A DNA stretch of 64,000 nt from Candidatus Melainabacteria bacterium 17Bon1m (GTDB taxonomy: Bacteria; Cyanobacteriota; Vampirovibrionia; Obscuribacterales; Obscuribacteraceae): NCBI GenBank assembly GCA_032128875.1, contig JAVLKG010000002.1, positions 576,001 to 640,000 on the forward strand, read 5' to 3'. Under the pieces are notes generated by a model. The model was not told where the DNA came from. It did no database searches and saw nothing but the letters and a program-made list of their open reading frames with translations. The translations under genes and the position numbers were made by a program. This document shows, piece by piece, positions 37,205 through 47,772 of the stretch. Position 1 is the first letter of the stretch; every line of letters begins with the position of its first letter.

Positions 37205-38878
37205 TCACGGACGAGCCAGTGATACCGCGCGTTCTGTCGATGTGAAGGGGGCGGATGCGACACTTTGCGTCCTCCACGCACCCTTCTCAAACGTGATGTG
37301 GTGCAGAAAAGCGGAATTGTTAGGAGTGGTGAAATCGGACCGGACATGCCCGCCGCGCGTTTCTTGTCTAAGTGCACAGGCTTTTGCGATTAGCTTTGCA
37401 ACAAGTAGCATGTTGGCCGATTCACGTTCATATCTATCAATGCCTGTTTTGTATATAGATATGGCGTCGAGTTGCTCTTGGAGTTGGGTCAGCCCTTTCG
37501 CTTCGCGCACCAGTCCTGCGCCTTTGTACATCATGGATTTAAGAGCGTGCCTGTTGGTTGGTACGGCAAACGGACGGCAGTGTGCAAACCATGCCTCCGT
37601 GAGCTTGGCATTCTTCTTATATGGAATCGCTTTGAAAGACTGCGAGTTGATGTGCTTGGCGAGGCTCATTGCCATGACGCCAGCTTCAAGAAGTGAATTG
37701 CTCGCCAGTCTGTTGGCTCCGTGAAGTCCGGTCGCGGCGCATTCGCCGAGCGCATAGAGCCCGACTAGACTGGTTTGTCCTTTTGCGTCTGTGGCGATTC
37801 CGCCCATGTAGTAGTGCGCCGCCGGGCAAACTGGAACAAGTTCTTTGGTTGGGTCGACGCCAAGTTTTCGAAGGGTATCGACGATATTGGGAAACTTAGA
37901 TTCAATTTCTTCAGCTGTGCCGATTGTTCTCATATCCAGAAAAACGCTGTCCAGGTTTCTGTTTAGCATTGTTTGATGGATAGCCTTTGCAACAGTGTCA
38001 CGAGTTGCCAGTTCGCCGTCCTTATCGAAGTCGAATGCAAAACGCTGATTGCGATCATCGACAAGTATCGCGCCCTGTCCTCTGACTGCCTCAGATACCA
38101 GAAAAGCTGGTTGGCCTTCTTTGCAAAATGCTGTTGGATGAAATTGAACAAACTCTAAGTCGGAGAGCTTTGCGCCGGCTCGAGCGGCCAGAGCGATACC
38201 ATCCCCGGTGGCAATGGAAGGGTTAGTCGTGCGCGTAAAAATTTGTCCTGCTCCGCCGGTCGCCAGAACAATATCTGTAGCTGCGACAGAGACGACGCCT
38301 TGATCTGTGAGGATAAGTGCTCCGGTCGCTACGCGAGGCGCAAGTGGCGTTGCCTGGAAGTGAAGGATATCGAGGGCGAAGGCGTCTTCTAAAATGACAG
38401 GTCGATTGAGATCGTGCTCGTCTGCTGCCCTAGCCTTAATTGCGGCGGCAAGACCTTCAGCGATTGTCTTTCCAGTAGTGTCTTTTGAATGCAAAACTCG
38501 GGCGCTGGTGTGTCCGCCTTCCAAGTGCAAAGATGGCGCGCCAGTTGATGTCTTGTCGAAGTGAACACCAAGACTCGAAAGTTTTTCGACGAGTGCCGCG
38601 CCGCCGTTGATTATTTGCTCGGCGACTGCGGCATCTGTGAGACCAGCTCCAGACTTGAGCGTGTCCTTCAGGTGCGCTTGTCGTGAATCTGTGACACTGT
38701 CTTTGAGAACAGCTGCCAGACCGCCTTGCGCGTAACGAGTATTTGATTCAAGAAGCTTGCCTTTGGTGGCGATGAGCACTCTTCTGCCCGCTGCAACGAG
38801 TTCGTTAGCGAGCAAGAGGCCGGCTAGTCCTGAGCCGATAATGACGGCGTCAACTTTTATTGTCTTGAGTTCAGGCAT
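37205..38878 (-). CDS. nadB: L-aspartate oxidase
   Basis: GSGLAG, SNTRYAQGG, EGGH, QFHPT, SEAVRG, HYYMGG, LHGANRLASNSLLE. Confidence 0.95.
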   Translation of the reverse strand: MPELKTIKVDAVIIGSGLAGLLLANELVAAGRRVLIATKGKLLESNTRYAQGGLAAVLKDSVTDSRQAHLKDTLKSGAGLTDAAVAEQIINGGAALVEKLSSLGVHFDKTSTGAPSLHLEGGHTSARVLHSKDTTGKTIAEGLAAAIKARAADEHDLNRPVILEDAFALDILHFQATPLAPRVATGALILTDQGVVSVAATDIVLATGGAGQIFTRTTNPSIATGDGIALAARAGAKLSDLEFVQFHPTAFCKEGQPAFLVSEAVRGQGAILVDDRNQRFAFDFDKDGELATRDTVAKAIHQTMLNRNLDSVFLDMRTIGTAEEIESKFPNIVDTLRKLGVDPTKELVPVCPAAHYYMGGIATDAKGQTSLVGLYALGECAATGLHGANRLASNSLLEAGVMAMSLAKHINSQSFKAIPYKKNAKLTEAWFAHCRPFAVPTNRHALKSMMYKGAGLVREAKGLTQLQEQLDAISIYKTGIDRYERESANMLLVAKLIAKACALRQETRGGHVRSDFTTPNNSAFLHHITFEKGAWRTQSVASAPFTSTERAVSLARP

Positions 38879-38956
38879 ATGCGTACTCCTTGTACTTGCC
38901 TGTTTGTATAAAAACGTGCGGTTTCGGAATGTTGGAAAGCCTTTCGGCGTTTTCTA

Positions 38957-39940
38957 TTACCCGATCGCCACCATTCTCTCGATTGATAGTCGCGCTTTTG
39001 CGGCTACATCTTCACGAACAGTTACTTGGAACTGGTCGTTGACGAGCGCTGCATGCAGTTTTTCAAGAGTGATCATCTTCATGAACTGACAACTCATTTC
39101 GTCAGCAATCGGAATGAATTCTTTGTCCGGATTTTCTTTTTTCAGCCGGTGCAGAATGCCTTCCTCAGTAGCCACTACGAATTGCTTGGCCGGCGACTGG
39201 CAGGCTCTCGTGATCATGCCTTCTGTCGAAGCGACTTTGAGTTGGTCGCCTTTGTCCTGTCTCGATACTCGATCCAGATATGGTGTCAGGCAGCCGCATT
39301 CGGGGTGAACGAGGAGCTCAGCTTCCGGGTAGGCTTTCATTTTTTCGTCAATAGAGCGAGTGGGAATCGCTGCGTGCACATGGCATTCGCCCATCCAGAT
39401 GTGCATATTCTCGCGACCCGTCATGCGTTTAACCCATGAGCCGAGGAAAACATCCGGTAAAAATAGAATTTCTTTGTCCTTGTCGATCGAATTGACGACT
39501 TGCAGCGCATTGCCGGAAGTGCAGCAATAATCCGACTCCGCTTTTATAGCGGCGGTGGTATTGACGTAAGAGACGACGACTGCGCCTGGGTGCTCTGCTT
39601 TCCATTTGAGCAGTCCATCCAGCGTCACTGAGGCTGCTAGCGAGCAACCTGCTTCCAAATCCGGAATGAGGACGCGCTTATTTGGACACAGAATGGCAGC
39701 TGTTTCCGCCATAAAATGTACGCCGCAGAACACAATCATGTCGCTTTTCGTTGCAGCGGCCTGTCGCGATAGACCAAGCGAATCACCGACGAAATCGGCG
39801 ATGTCCTGAATGATCGGGATCTGATAGTTGTGGGCAAGAATCACCGCGTTGCGCTTCTTTCTGAGCTCGTTGATCTCTTGAATGAGTTGTTGATTGCGCT
39901 TTGAGCTGGTGAGTTCTACGTTGTTCATTGTCGTTGTCAT
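38957..39940 (-). CDS. nadA: Quinolinate synthase
   Basis: LAHNYQ, GDSL, FCGVHFMAET, AGCSLA, YVNT, CHVH, HPEC, CQFMK. Confidence 0.96.
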   Translation of the reverse strand: MTTTMNNVELTSSKRNQQLIQEINELRKKRNAVILAHNYQIPIIQDIADFVGDSLGLSRQAAATKSDMIVFCGVHFMAETAAILCPNKRVLIPDLEAGCSLAASVTLDGLLKWKAEHPGAVVVSYVNTTAAIKAESDYCCTSGNALQVVNSIDKDKEILFLPDVFLGSWVKRMTGRENMHIWMGECHVHAAIPTRSIDEKMKAYPEAELLVHPECGCLTPYLDRVSRQDKGDQLKVASTEGMITRACQSPAKQFVVATEEGILHRLKKENPDKEFIPIADEMSCQFMKMITLEKLHAALVNDQFQVTVREDVAAKARLSIERMVAIG

Positions 39941-40893
39941 ATGCCTATCTCAACCTCGAGGCTGATGTCTATTGATTTGACCGAGTGGGTCAAGCTGCCG
40001 ACAGATATGAAGTCGACACCTGCAATTAAGTAGCGGTCTAAAGTGTCCAGAGTGATACCTCCGGAAACTTCGATCTGTGCACGCTTTTGAATTAGTTCTA
40101 CACAGCGGACGATTTCAGCAGGGGGCATATTGTCGAGCATGATGATGTCGCAAGAGCTGTCCAGTGCTTCTTGGACTTCCGAAAGAGTGGTGGTTTCTAC
40201 TTCGATTCGCTTTCCTTTGTATAGGGAGCGTGCTGCTGCAACGGCTTGAGAGATGCCGCCGGCGCAGGCAATGTGATTGTCTTTGATCAAAATCTGGTCA
40301 TAAAGTCCGATGCGATGGTTGGTGCCGCCGCCGAGCCGCACGGCCAATTTGTCGAAAACACGCAGGCCTGGGACTGTCTTGCGAGTATCAAGAATTTGAA
40401 TGCCAAACGGTTTTGCCTTTTGGCTGTAGAGGCGGGCGGTGGTGGCTATGCCGCACATTCGTTGCATGAGATTGAGCGCCGTGCGCTCGGCTGTCAGGAT
40501 TGAGCGCGCGTTGCCGTTTATTGTCGCGACCGTGAGGGGAGAGTCTTCGATAAAAGTGCCTTCGCTGACCAGGGCAGTGAATTGGAGCGTAGGATCGACT
40601 GTTTTGAACACCAAATCTGCGACCGCCAGCCCGCAAATGACAGCATGGTCCTCTTTGACGATGAGAGTCGCCGTCGCAGTCTTGTCGGCAGGAATTGTCG
40701 AAGTCGAGGTGACATCGCCTTCTTGTCCGAGATCTTCGAGCAGAGCGAAGTCGATTGCTCTTTGGGCCAATTCTAGCGAGTAAAAGCTGGCGTCCGTTGC
40801 TGGCTTGGAAGGGTTGGTTTGGGCATCCCTCGGATTGGAGTGGAGCTCAGTCTGCAGCTTGTCTTGAATAGTAGTGGTGGCGGAAACGGTCAT
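39937..40893 (-). CDS. nadC: Quinolinate phosphoribosyltransferase
   Basis: EDLG..GDVT, ERTALN, DTRKT, NHR, IKDNH, IMLDN, SGGI, SVGSLTHS. Confidence 0.96.
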   Translation of the reverse strand: MTVSATTTIQDKLQTELHSNPRDAQTNPSKPATDASFYSLELAQRAIDFALLEDLGQEGDVTSTSTIPADKTATATLIVKEDHAVICGLAVADLVFKTVDPTLQFTALVSEGTFIEDSPLTVATINGNARSILTAERTALNLMQRMCGIATTARLYSQKAKPFGIQILDTRKTVPGLRVFDKLAVRLGGGTNHRIGLYDQILIKDNHIACAGGISQAVAAARSLYKGKRIEVETTTLSEVQEALDSSCDIIMLDNMPPAEIVRCVELIQKRAQIEVSGGITLDTLDRYLIAGVDFISVGSLTHSVKSIDISLEVEIGI

Positions 40894-41222
40894 TTTGTGG
40901 CTCTTTTGGGGATTTGTGACTTGGTTACGATTTCTTAATCGTTCAAGTAATTGTTAATTCTACGTTGTACCATTTATCTCTTGATTTGTCTATATATATT
41001 CTAGCGCTTGTGGATATTCTGCAATGATTGCCAAGTTTCAATGGTTTCGGGCTTTTGCTACTTCTGACGCGAACCTGTATCAAATGTTCCACTCACAGCA
41101 ACTGGAATAACAAGTAAGCGTGATAATAACGTTTGCTGCGTCTTCATTGGGAGAATAGCCATCCTTAAACCCACAAAACACGCAGTATTTAGGTGATTAG
41201 AAAGTAATATTGGCAGTAATAT

Positions 41223-41579
41223 ATGAGTGGGCTGGCAACGCGGGACTGTGCCAGCAGCGTTTCTAAATCTTTCTGCGACTCAATGTGGGGACGTTGCGTG
41301 AGTAAGGCGCTTAATTTCTATTTTTTCGCAGCTGCCACGGCAGTGGCTGCTGCTCTGCTTCTAGGCAGTTATGCCCTGGCGGAGTCAGACGTTTATTTCA
41401 ACTTGAAGCGCACCAGAGACGCACTTTTGGCTCAGCGCCAGGAATTGCTTAACGCACAACAGGCTGTTCAACAGCAGATGGGCGAGCTGCAAAAACGCAA
41501 TGATCGTATCGATGCTTATCTTCGTGATAATGACAATTCCCTCCGTGACGTGGAAGGGGCCCTTCGTACAACCAAGTAG
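41223..41579 (+). CDS. Hypothetical exported coiled-coil protein
   Basis: Signal-like hydrophobic stretch followed by a Q/L-rich heptad region; start uncertain. Confidence 0.55.
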   Translation: MSGLATRDCASSVSKSFCDSMWGRCVSKALNFYFFAAATAVAAALLLGSYALAESDVYFNLKRTRDALLAQRQELLNAQQAVQQQMGELQKRNDRIDAYLRDNDNSLRDVEGALRTTK

Positions 41580-42128
41580 GTGAGCGCCATGCGCACGCAA
41601 AAAACAGCACTTCTATCTTTTATTTCTGCCGGTTTGGCCCTTGCAAGTCTCGTGTTGCCGATTTCTGCGGCATACGCCGATGATGCCGAGAAGCCAAAGG
41701 TCAGCTGCGTTGAGCCGCATGCCGGCTGTTCAGAGTCTGCGAAAATCATCGAAGACTTGAAGCAAATCGTGCACGCACTGAATACCGGCGACGTCGACAA
41801 AGCTGCTGAGTACTACGATGACCAATGCACAAGCATTGATAAGAAAACTCACAAGCTAATTAGCGGAAAGCAAGCGGTCATCGCGGATCTCAAGAAAAGA
41901 TTGGAAGATCACAATCCCAATTCTCAAGAGCCGCTCAAATCGATCACTATCGACCACCCATATGCATTTGTTCACGGGGATACAGCAACCGTCAATTTCG
42001 TGGCTTACAAAGAGTTCGGCGGGGAACATCCATATAAGATGGAGTCTCATTGCACTGATATATTTGTTAAGCGCGGCGAAAAGTGGAAAAAGTTGCACTA
42101 TGTGAGCAACTGGAAACGGGTAAAGTAG
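41580..42128 (+). CDS. Exported NTF2/SnoaL-like (DUF4440) protein
   Basis: Signal peptide, ALNTGD, GDTA, TDIFVKRGEKWKKLH. Confidence 0.75.
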   Translation: MSAMRTQKTALLSFISAGLALASLVLPISAAYADDAEKPKVSCVEPHAGCSESAKIIEDLKQIVHALNTGDVDKAAEYYDDQCTSIDKKTHKLISGKQAVIADLKKRLEDHNPNSQEPLKSITIDHPYAFVHGDTATVNFVAYKEFGGEHPYKMESHCTDIFVKRGEKWKKLHYVSNWKRVK

Positions 42129-42174
42129 TGGGGCCGAGTATTTCAGCTTTTAAAAGTTTGGGCTTTGCAGTCAG

Positions 42175-42891
42175 ATGATGGTTACTGAGTGGGAAAAATA
42201 TAAAGACTCTGCAGAGCAACTTGTGCAGATGGGCCGCTATTCGGAAGCAGAAAGCTTTTGGATGCAGGCGGTAAAGGCTGCAGACAACTTTGTCGAGAAC
42301 GATCCACGCACCACTTATACCCTAGATAGACTGGGTGATTGCTTCATCAAACAGCAGCGCTACGCTGAAGCAGAGCAGGTCTTCACTATGGCGCTCGAAA
42401 TCAGAAAAGCGGTCCTTGGTCCCACGCATTTGGATGTCGGCAAAAGCTTGAGCCAGATTGTCGATCTGATGCAAATCGAGCAGAAATTCTCTGAAGCTGA
42501 GCCTCTGCAACTGGAAATTCTCTCTATCTATGAGACCAATTTTGGTGCAGAACACCCGGGCGTTGCGACTATTGTTCTCAATCTGGCTCAGTTCTACCAT
42601 GGTTTGAAACGCTACAACGAAGCAGAATTGTTCTACAAACGCGCCCTGGCCATCAAGCAAAAGCTCTATGGATACCGCAGTCCGGAAGTAAAAGGCTTGA
42701 CTGAAAGGTATGCAGCCATGCTCAATGAATGCGATCGGTCACAAGAAGCAGAATCGTTGGTTGAGGAAGTTTCCGGCACCGCCTCTGGTGTCTGGCGCGC
42801 CATTAACGCAAAGCGCGAGGAAGAGGTTAAGAGTCGCGGCGATAAAATGAAGCGCAGCGGATTCTTCGACCGATTCAAGAAAGATCGCTAA
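42175..42891 (+). CDS. Tetratricopeptide repeat protein
   Basis: YAEAE...ALEI...LGPTH, LNLAQFY...YKRALAI repeats. Confidence 0.85.
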   Translation: MMVTEWEKYKDSAEQLVQMGRYSEAESFWMQAVKAADNFVENDPRTTYTLDRLGDCFIKQQRYAEAEQVFTMALEIRKAVLGPTHLDVGKSLSQIVDLMQIEQKFSEAEPLQLEILSIYETNFGAEHPGVATIVLNLAQFYHGLKRYNEAELFYKRALAIKQKLYGYRSPEVKGLTERYAAMLNECDRSQEAESLVEEVSGTASGVWRAINAKREEEVKSRGDKMKRSGFFDRFKKDR

Positions 42892-43040
42892 ATTTCAAAG
42901 ATTCAACTGCCAATAATGTTTGCCTTCTGCCCATTGCGATGGCGCAGGTGGGCGATTTGGGCATAAATATAAGGTACGAACGGTTTAATCGACGGTCCGG
43001 CGCCTGATTTCGCTGGGTTCAGGAGTTTTCTGGAATAACG

Positions 43041-45692
43041 ATGCCAGAAGCAGAATCAATTCACAAGGCATACGACAAGGTCCTCGAGCGCACAGGCCGT
43101 CTTTTCGATCAGCAGCGCAAGAAGAATTTCGTGATGCAAGACCGGTGGTTTGCTGGTTTGCTTCTTTGTGAATGGATTGCCGGTATGTTGCTGTCACTGA
43201 CCGTATCTAGTCAGCTCTGGGCACAGGTTGATAAAACTGTGGTTTCGCAATTTCCGGTCGCGACACTGCTTGGATCGTCCATTATCGCTTTTCCGATTTT
43301 CATGGCGATAAAATTTCCCGGACATTCCTTTACCCGTCATTCGATAGCCATCGCTCAGATGCTGATGTCTGGTCTTCTTATTCAATTGACGGCCGGTCGC
43401 ATGGAGACACACTTTCACATCTTCGGCTCTCTGGCTATTCTGGCTTTTTATCGAGACTGGAGAATACTTATAACTGCTTCTGCAGTGGCACTATTGGATC
43501 AGCACTTTCGAGGAATTTACTGGCCTCATTCTGTGTATGGTGTCGAATATGCAAGCCCGTGGCGAGTGCTTGAGCATGGCGGCTGGATTGCCTTTGAAGA
43601 TCTTTTCCTGGTTCGATCGATAATCACCAGTACAAAAGAGCTATGGGACAACTGCCAGAGACAGTCTGAACTAGAAGCGACAAATGTCATTGTTGAAGCT
43701 CGGGTTGAAGAGCGAACCCGTGAATTGAAAGTGACAGAAGAACGATTTCGTCTTTTGAGTTCTGCCTCACCAATTGGAATCGTGCTCACAGATGCATCCG
43801 GTGATTGCCTCTACGTCAATCGAAGGTGGGAAGACCTGTCCGGCATCCTGCATGATGCGTGCCTCGACAAAGGATGGCTTGAATGCATCCATCCTGACGA
43901 CAAAGACACAATGATTGAAAAATGGATGGATTCCATTGGAGAGTCAAACGAACACGTCACAGAGTTTCGTGTAGAACGTGAAGATAAGCCGATTTCCTGG
44001 CTACACTCACGGGTTACCTCCATCGGTGACTCAGAGGGAATTTCGCGGGGATACATCTGGACATTTGAAGACATCACTGAAAGAAAGAATGCAGAAGCTA
44101 ATCTTCTCATGCAATATGCAATTACTGACGCGCTCGCCGAATCTTCAGATCTGTCCGATGCCTCTCCCAAGCTTTTGAAAGCTATCTGCAACAATCGTCA
44201 GTGGTCGCTCGCTATTTTGTGGATGCTAGATGCGCAAGATGACGTGCTTCGCTACGAAGGAAGTTGGTGCGCAGATGAGCCGGCGTTGAAACAGCTTGTT
44301 GAAAATTCCCGGCGAATGACTTTTGGTCGTGGTGAAGGTGCCCTGGGGATTCCTCTCGTCAGTGGGCAGCCGTTTATTGCACAGTCGGTCGCTGAATCGA
44401 ATTTGCAAGGGCGCATGGAAGCACTGCCAGAACGATTTGGATATATGTCCTTTCCCGTGACTGAAGACGAGCAGGTCTTCGGTGTTCTCGAATTTATGAG
44501 CGATGAACCGATTAAACCAGACGGAGAATTTTTCCTGATGTTGAATTCGGTGGCGACGCAAATCAATCAGTTCGCCGAGCAAATGTCAGCAGAGATGCGT
44601 CTGAAAGATTCCGATGCTCGAATTCGTGCAATGTTGGAAAGTGCGATTGATGGCATTGTTACTTTTGATTTGAGTGGTATCGTCGAACTGGTGAACCCGG
44701 CTTTTGAAAGAATTTTGGGCTTCGATGCTGACGATGTGTTGGGCAAAGCGATAGCAGAAATCGTGCCTGGTGAAACAACCGTTGATCGCATCGCGGACCG
44801 GAAAATTAGCACCATCCAGAATGTGCTGGATGACTTGAAAGCTCATAACTACAGTGACAGAGAATTGATAGTCAGAAGATCGGACGGAACTTTGATTCCG
44901 GTTGAATTCCGTGTCAGTGAAGTAGTGCTTGGTACGAGAAATTTCTATTCTGGCATCATACGTGATATCACAGAGAGAAAAGAAGTCGAACTTAGAGTTA
45001 GCGAGTTCTATTCTACTGTTTCGCACGAGCTGCGTACGCCCTTAACATCAATCCGTGGCGCTCTCGGTTTGATGGAAGGCGGAGTTGTCGGAGAGATTCC
45101 AGAGGAAGCGCTAGAACTAGTGACCATCGCCAGGGTCAGCTGCGATCGATTGATACGCCTAATCAATGACATTCTTGATTTGCGTAAGATCGAGGCTGGC
45201 AAGTTGGAGTTGAAGTTGGAGTCACTCGATTCCGAATCAATGGTGAAGGCAACAGCCGATTCACTTAGAATGATGTGCGAAGAATACGGCGTTTCAATCG
45301 CTGTACACGTGAATGACAAACGACCGGTGAAGGGCGATCACGATCGGGTCGTGCAAATTCTCACCAATCTCGTTTCTAATGCAGTGAAATTTTCCGGACC
45401 TGAAGGCAAGTTAGACGTCAGAGTTGTTGGTGGCACCAATGGTGCGGTGCGATTCGAGGTCGAAGACAATGGACCTGGTATTCCCGAGAGTCAAATGCAT
45501 AGACTGTTCGGGAAATTTCAGCAATTGGACTCTTCTGATACTCGAGCACAAGGCGGAACAGGGCTTGGCCTGGCAATCTCCAAGGCACTTGTAGAAAAGC
45601 ACAATGGACGAATCGGTGTTAAGAGTATCGAGAAAAAAGGTTCTACTTTCTGGTTTGAAATTCCGGCAGATCAGACTGCCGAATCAAACTAA
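43041..45692 (+). CDS. Membrane sensor histidine kinase (TM sensor-PAS-GAF-PAS-HisKA-HATPase)
   Basis: ETHFHIFGSL..YRDW membrane domain, IHPDD/DITERK PAS motifs, SHELRTPL, NLVSNAVKF, DNGPGI, GTGLGL. Confidence 0.93.
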   Translation: MPEAESIHKAYDKVLERTGRLFDQQRKKNFVMQDRWFAGLLLCEWIAGMLLSLTVSSQLWAQVDKTVVSQFPVATLLGSSIIAFPIFMAIKFPGHSFTRHSIAIAQMLMSGLLIQLTAGRMETHFHIFGSLAILAFYRDWRILITASAVALLDQHFRGIYWPHSVYGVEYASPWRVLEHGGWIAFEDLFLVRSIITSTKELWDNCQRQSELEATNVIVEARVEERTRELKVTEERFRLLSSASPIGIVLTDASGDCLYVNRRWEDLSGILHDACLDKGWLECIHPDDKDTMIEKWMDSIGESNEHVTEFRVEREDKPISWLHSRVTSIGDSEGISRGYIWTFEDITERKNAEANLLMQYAITDALAESSDLSDASPKLLKAICNNRQWSLAILWMLDAQDDVLRYEGSWCADEPALKQLVENSRRMTFGRGEGALGIPLVSGQPFIAQSVAESNLQGRMEALPERFGYMSFPVTEDEQVFGVLEFMSDEPIKPDGEFFLMLNSVATQINQFAEQMSAEMRLKDSDARIRAMLESAIDGIVTFDLSGIVELVNPAFERILGFDADDVLGKAIAEIVPGETTVDRIADRKISTIQNVLDDLKAHNYSDRELIVRRSDGTLIPVEFRVSEVVLGTRNFYSGIIRDITERKEVELRVSEFYSTVSHELRTPLTSIRGALGLMEGGVVGEIPEEALELVTIARVSCDRLIRLINDILDLRKIEAGKLELKLESLDSESMVKATADSLRMMCEEYGVSIAVHVNDKRPVKGDHDRVVQILTNLVSNAVKFSGPEGKLDVRVVGGTNGAVRFEVEDNGPGIPESQMHRLFGKFQQLDSSDTRAQGGTGLGLAISKALVEKHNGRIGVKSIEKKGSTFWFEIPADQTAESN

Positions 45693-45700
45693 TGCCGATT

Positions 45701-47002
45701 TTAAAAACCGGTGTCGCCTTTATTAGGTGTCGGTCCCGATGGCAGAACAAATTGGTCGTCTTTTTTGCCTGCTGATTGATCAGCTTGCGCGGGTGCATTT
45801 GCATTTTTGATCATTGCAAAAACAGGCGCGAGCTGGCGACCAGGACAAGCGCGTTCGAAGCCTTCTAGCGCCGCTTTAGCATCATCAATTTTACCTTCGC
45901 GAAAACGACTCAGCGCGAGGTAAAGCTTGGCCAAGTGCCAATCGGGTGCGCGACCAATGACTTTAGCGAAATCTTGCGATGCATTGGCGTAGTCGGCACT
46001 CGCCAGACCAATCATTCCGGATTGAAGCAGCAAGTATGGATCGTTGGGTGTTGTCGATAGCAGGTTTTTTACTTCAGACATCGCTTGATCCGCTTTCCCT
46101 TTTCTTGCAAGGGAAACGCGACGCGACTCTCGCTTCGGCAAATCCACAAATCTCGCTTCTATCAGACTTTCATTGTCGAAATAATCGCGCACAAAAGGAT
46201 CGAAGTGAAAATCGTGTTGCGGTAAATAGCCAATTGCCACCATGTCGAAATTAGGTTTTCCCTTCTTTCCGGTACTGGTGATGCGACTGGCAGTGGATAA
46301 CTGCTTTGCTGCTTTCTGCGCATTGCCTTCAAGAAAGTCCATCTCCGCCAGTATAAGAGCAACCTGCTTTGCAGAAGCCGCTTGCCCTGCGGCAGATCGC
46401 GCAATAGGAAAATTGCCGTTGAGGTAGTGAAGCAACGTCAACCCTCTGTAAGCGGCCTGAGCATAACTCGATCTCTTTGCACATTCACGAAGACTGTTTT
46501 CGGCTTCTTCGATTTTTCCATCGCGTAATTGTGCGTAACCAATATCAGTATAGATTTGCACGACATCTGGATGCGATTGAAGCAGCTTGCCCCAAACTCC
46601 CACCGCTTGCTCGTAGCGGCGAGAAAGAAAATGGCTGAATCCGACCGTCAAATAGGTTTCTCTCGCCTTATTGTCCAGCGTGTATGACTGTTTTAAGGCA
46701 TCGAGCGCTTCTTGATAGCGCCCTTTCATGTTGAGCGACATGCCCAGAAGCATGAAAGGCAATGGATCGGTCGGGTCAGCCCGAGTGGCATCCGTGAGGA
46801 GCGGTATCGCTAAATCTACTTTGCTCAAAACCAACTGATTCAATGCAGCAGAGGCTAATCTTTGGGATTTTTCTCTCGCTTGTGTATTCCAGTGCTGTGT
46901 TTGAGCGAACGAAAACGGAGCGCAGGAAAGAACAAGTAGCAGCGATGCTGCCAGGCAGTTTTTTACTCTTGTGGATTTGAAAACTTCGTTGAGCGACGTC
47001 AT
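45701..47002 (-). CDS. Exported TPR protein
   Basis: Signal peptide followed by multiple TPR-like helical pairs. Confidence 0.75.
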   Translation of the reverse strand: MTSLNEVFKSTRVKNCLAASLLLVLSCAPFSFAQTQHWNTQAREKSQRLASAALNQLVLSKVDLAIPLLTDATRADPTDPLPFMLLGMSLNMKGRYQEALDALKQSYTLDNKARETYLTVGFSHFLSRRYEQAVGVWGKLLQSHPDVVQIYTDIGYAQLRDGKIEEAENSLRECAKRSSYAQAAYRGLTLLHYLNGNFPIARSAAGQAASAKQVALILAEMDFLEGNAQKAAKQLSTASRITSTGKKGKPNFDMVAIGYLPQHDFHFDPFVRDYFDNESLIEARFVDLPKRESRRVSLARKGKADQAMSEVKNLLSTTPNDPYLLLQSGMIGLASADYANASQDFAKVIGRAPDWHLAKLYLALSRFREGKIDDAKAALEGFERACPGRQLAPVFAMIKNANAPAQADQSAGKKDDQFVLPSGPTPNKGDTGF

Positions 47003-47015
47003 TTAAGTGCCTCTG

Positions 47016-47738
47016 TCAAAACATGAAGACGGGCTTGTCTGGTAGCTTTTCAAACTCTTCAAGTGAGAATGTGTACAGTCTAGCCGGGCGATAAGAGCCT
47101 TCCTGGGAAGTCTCATTTAGTTCTTGAAGAACACCTGTGTTGAGAAACTTTTTGCGGAAATTCCTGTTATCTACAGCCTTTCCGAGTACTGCTTCGTATA
47201 CGGACTGTAAGTCCCTCAACGTGAATTTTTCCGGAAGCAGCATAAAAGCGGCAGGTGAATACTCGAGTTTGTACTTCACTCTCTGACGAGCATATGAAAT
47301 TATGCTGGCGTGATCGAATGCTAGTTCAGGCAATTCGTTTACTTTCCACCAGGCTACTCCACGCGCTTTGGAGCCGGCCTTCAACTCCAGACCTTCTTGT
47401 CTAAGTAGTGCTAAGTAAGATGCCGTCACTGTTCTGCCGCGAGGATCACGTCCTTTGTCGCCGAAAGTATAGAGCTGTTCCAAGTAAACGTCTCCAACAT
47501 TCGTTTCTTCGAGCAGCTCGCGTGCAGCCGCTTGATCCAGTGTTTGATCGTTTTCATCAAGTGATCCACCCGGCAACGCCCAGAGTGACTTGTAGGGCTC
47601 GAATTTCCTCTTGACGAGAAGCACTTCCAATGCGCCTTGCTCAACCGCAAAGGCCACCGTGTCGACTGTAACTTTGATTGTTTCTGTAGCCATCCGGCAG
47701 GAATTATGCTCTCTAAAGTTACCTGAAAACCTACCCAA
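47016..47738 (-). CDS. nrtR: Nudix-related transcriptional regulator (Nudix + C-terminal wHTH); likely start ATG 47693
   Basis: WALPGG...RELLEET, EQLYTFG..RDPR, LAFDH, FTLRDLQ.VYE, NRNFRKK, RPARLY. Confidence 0.88.
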   Translation of the reverse strand: MGRFSGNFREHNSCRMATETIKVTVDTVAFAVEQGALEVLLVKRKFEPYKSLWALPGGSLDENDQTLDQAAARELLEETNVGDVYLEQLYTFGDKGRDPRGRTVTASYLALLRQEGLELKAGSKARGVAWWKVNELPELAFDHASIISYARQRVKYKLEYSPAAFMLLPEKFTLRDLQSVYEAVLGKAVDNRNFRKKFLNTGVLQELNETSQEGSYRPARLYTFSLEEFEKLPDKPVFMF

Positions 47739-47772
47739 TCATACACGTTAAGAGGCTTGGCGCGTTTGTTTG

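Noticed and set aside
37078-37724. ORFs 37078..37377(-) and 37200..37724(+)
   Set aside because: They overlap nadB out of frame or antisense and have no motifs.
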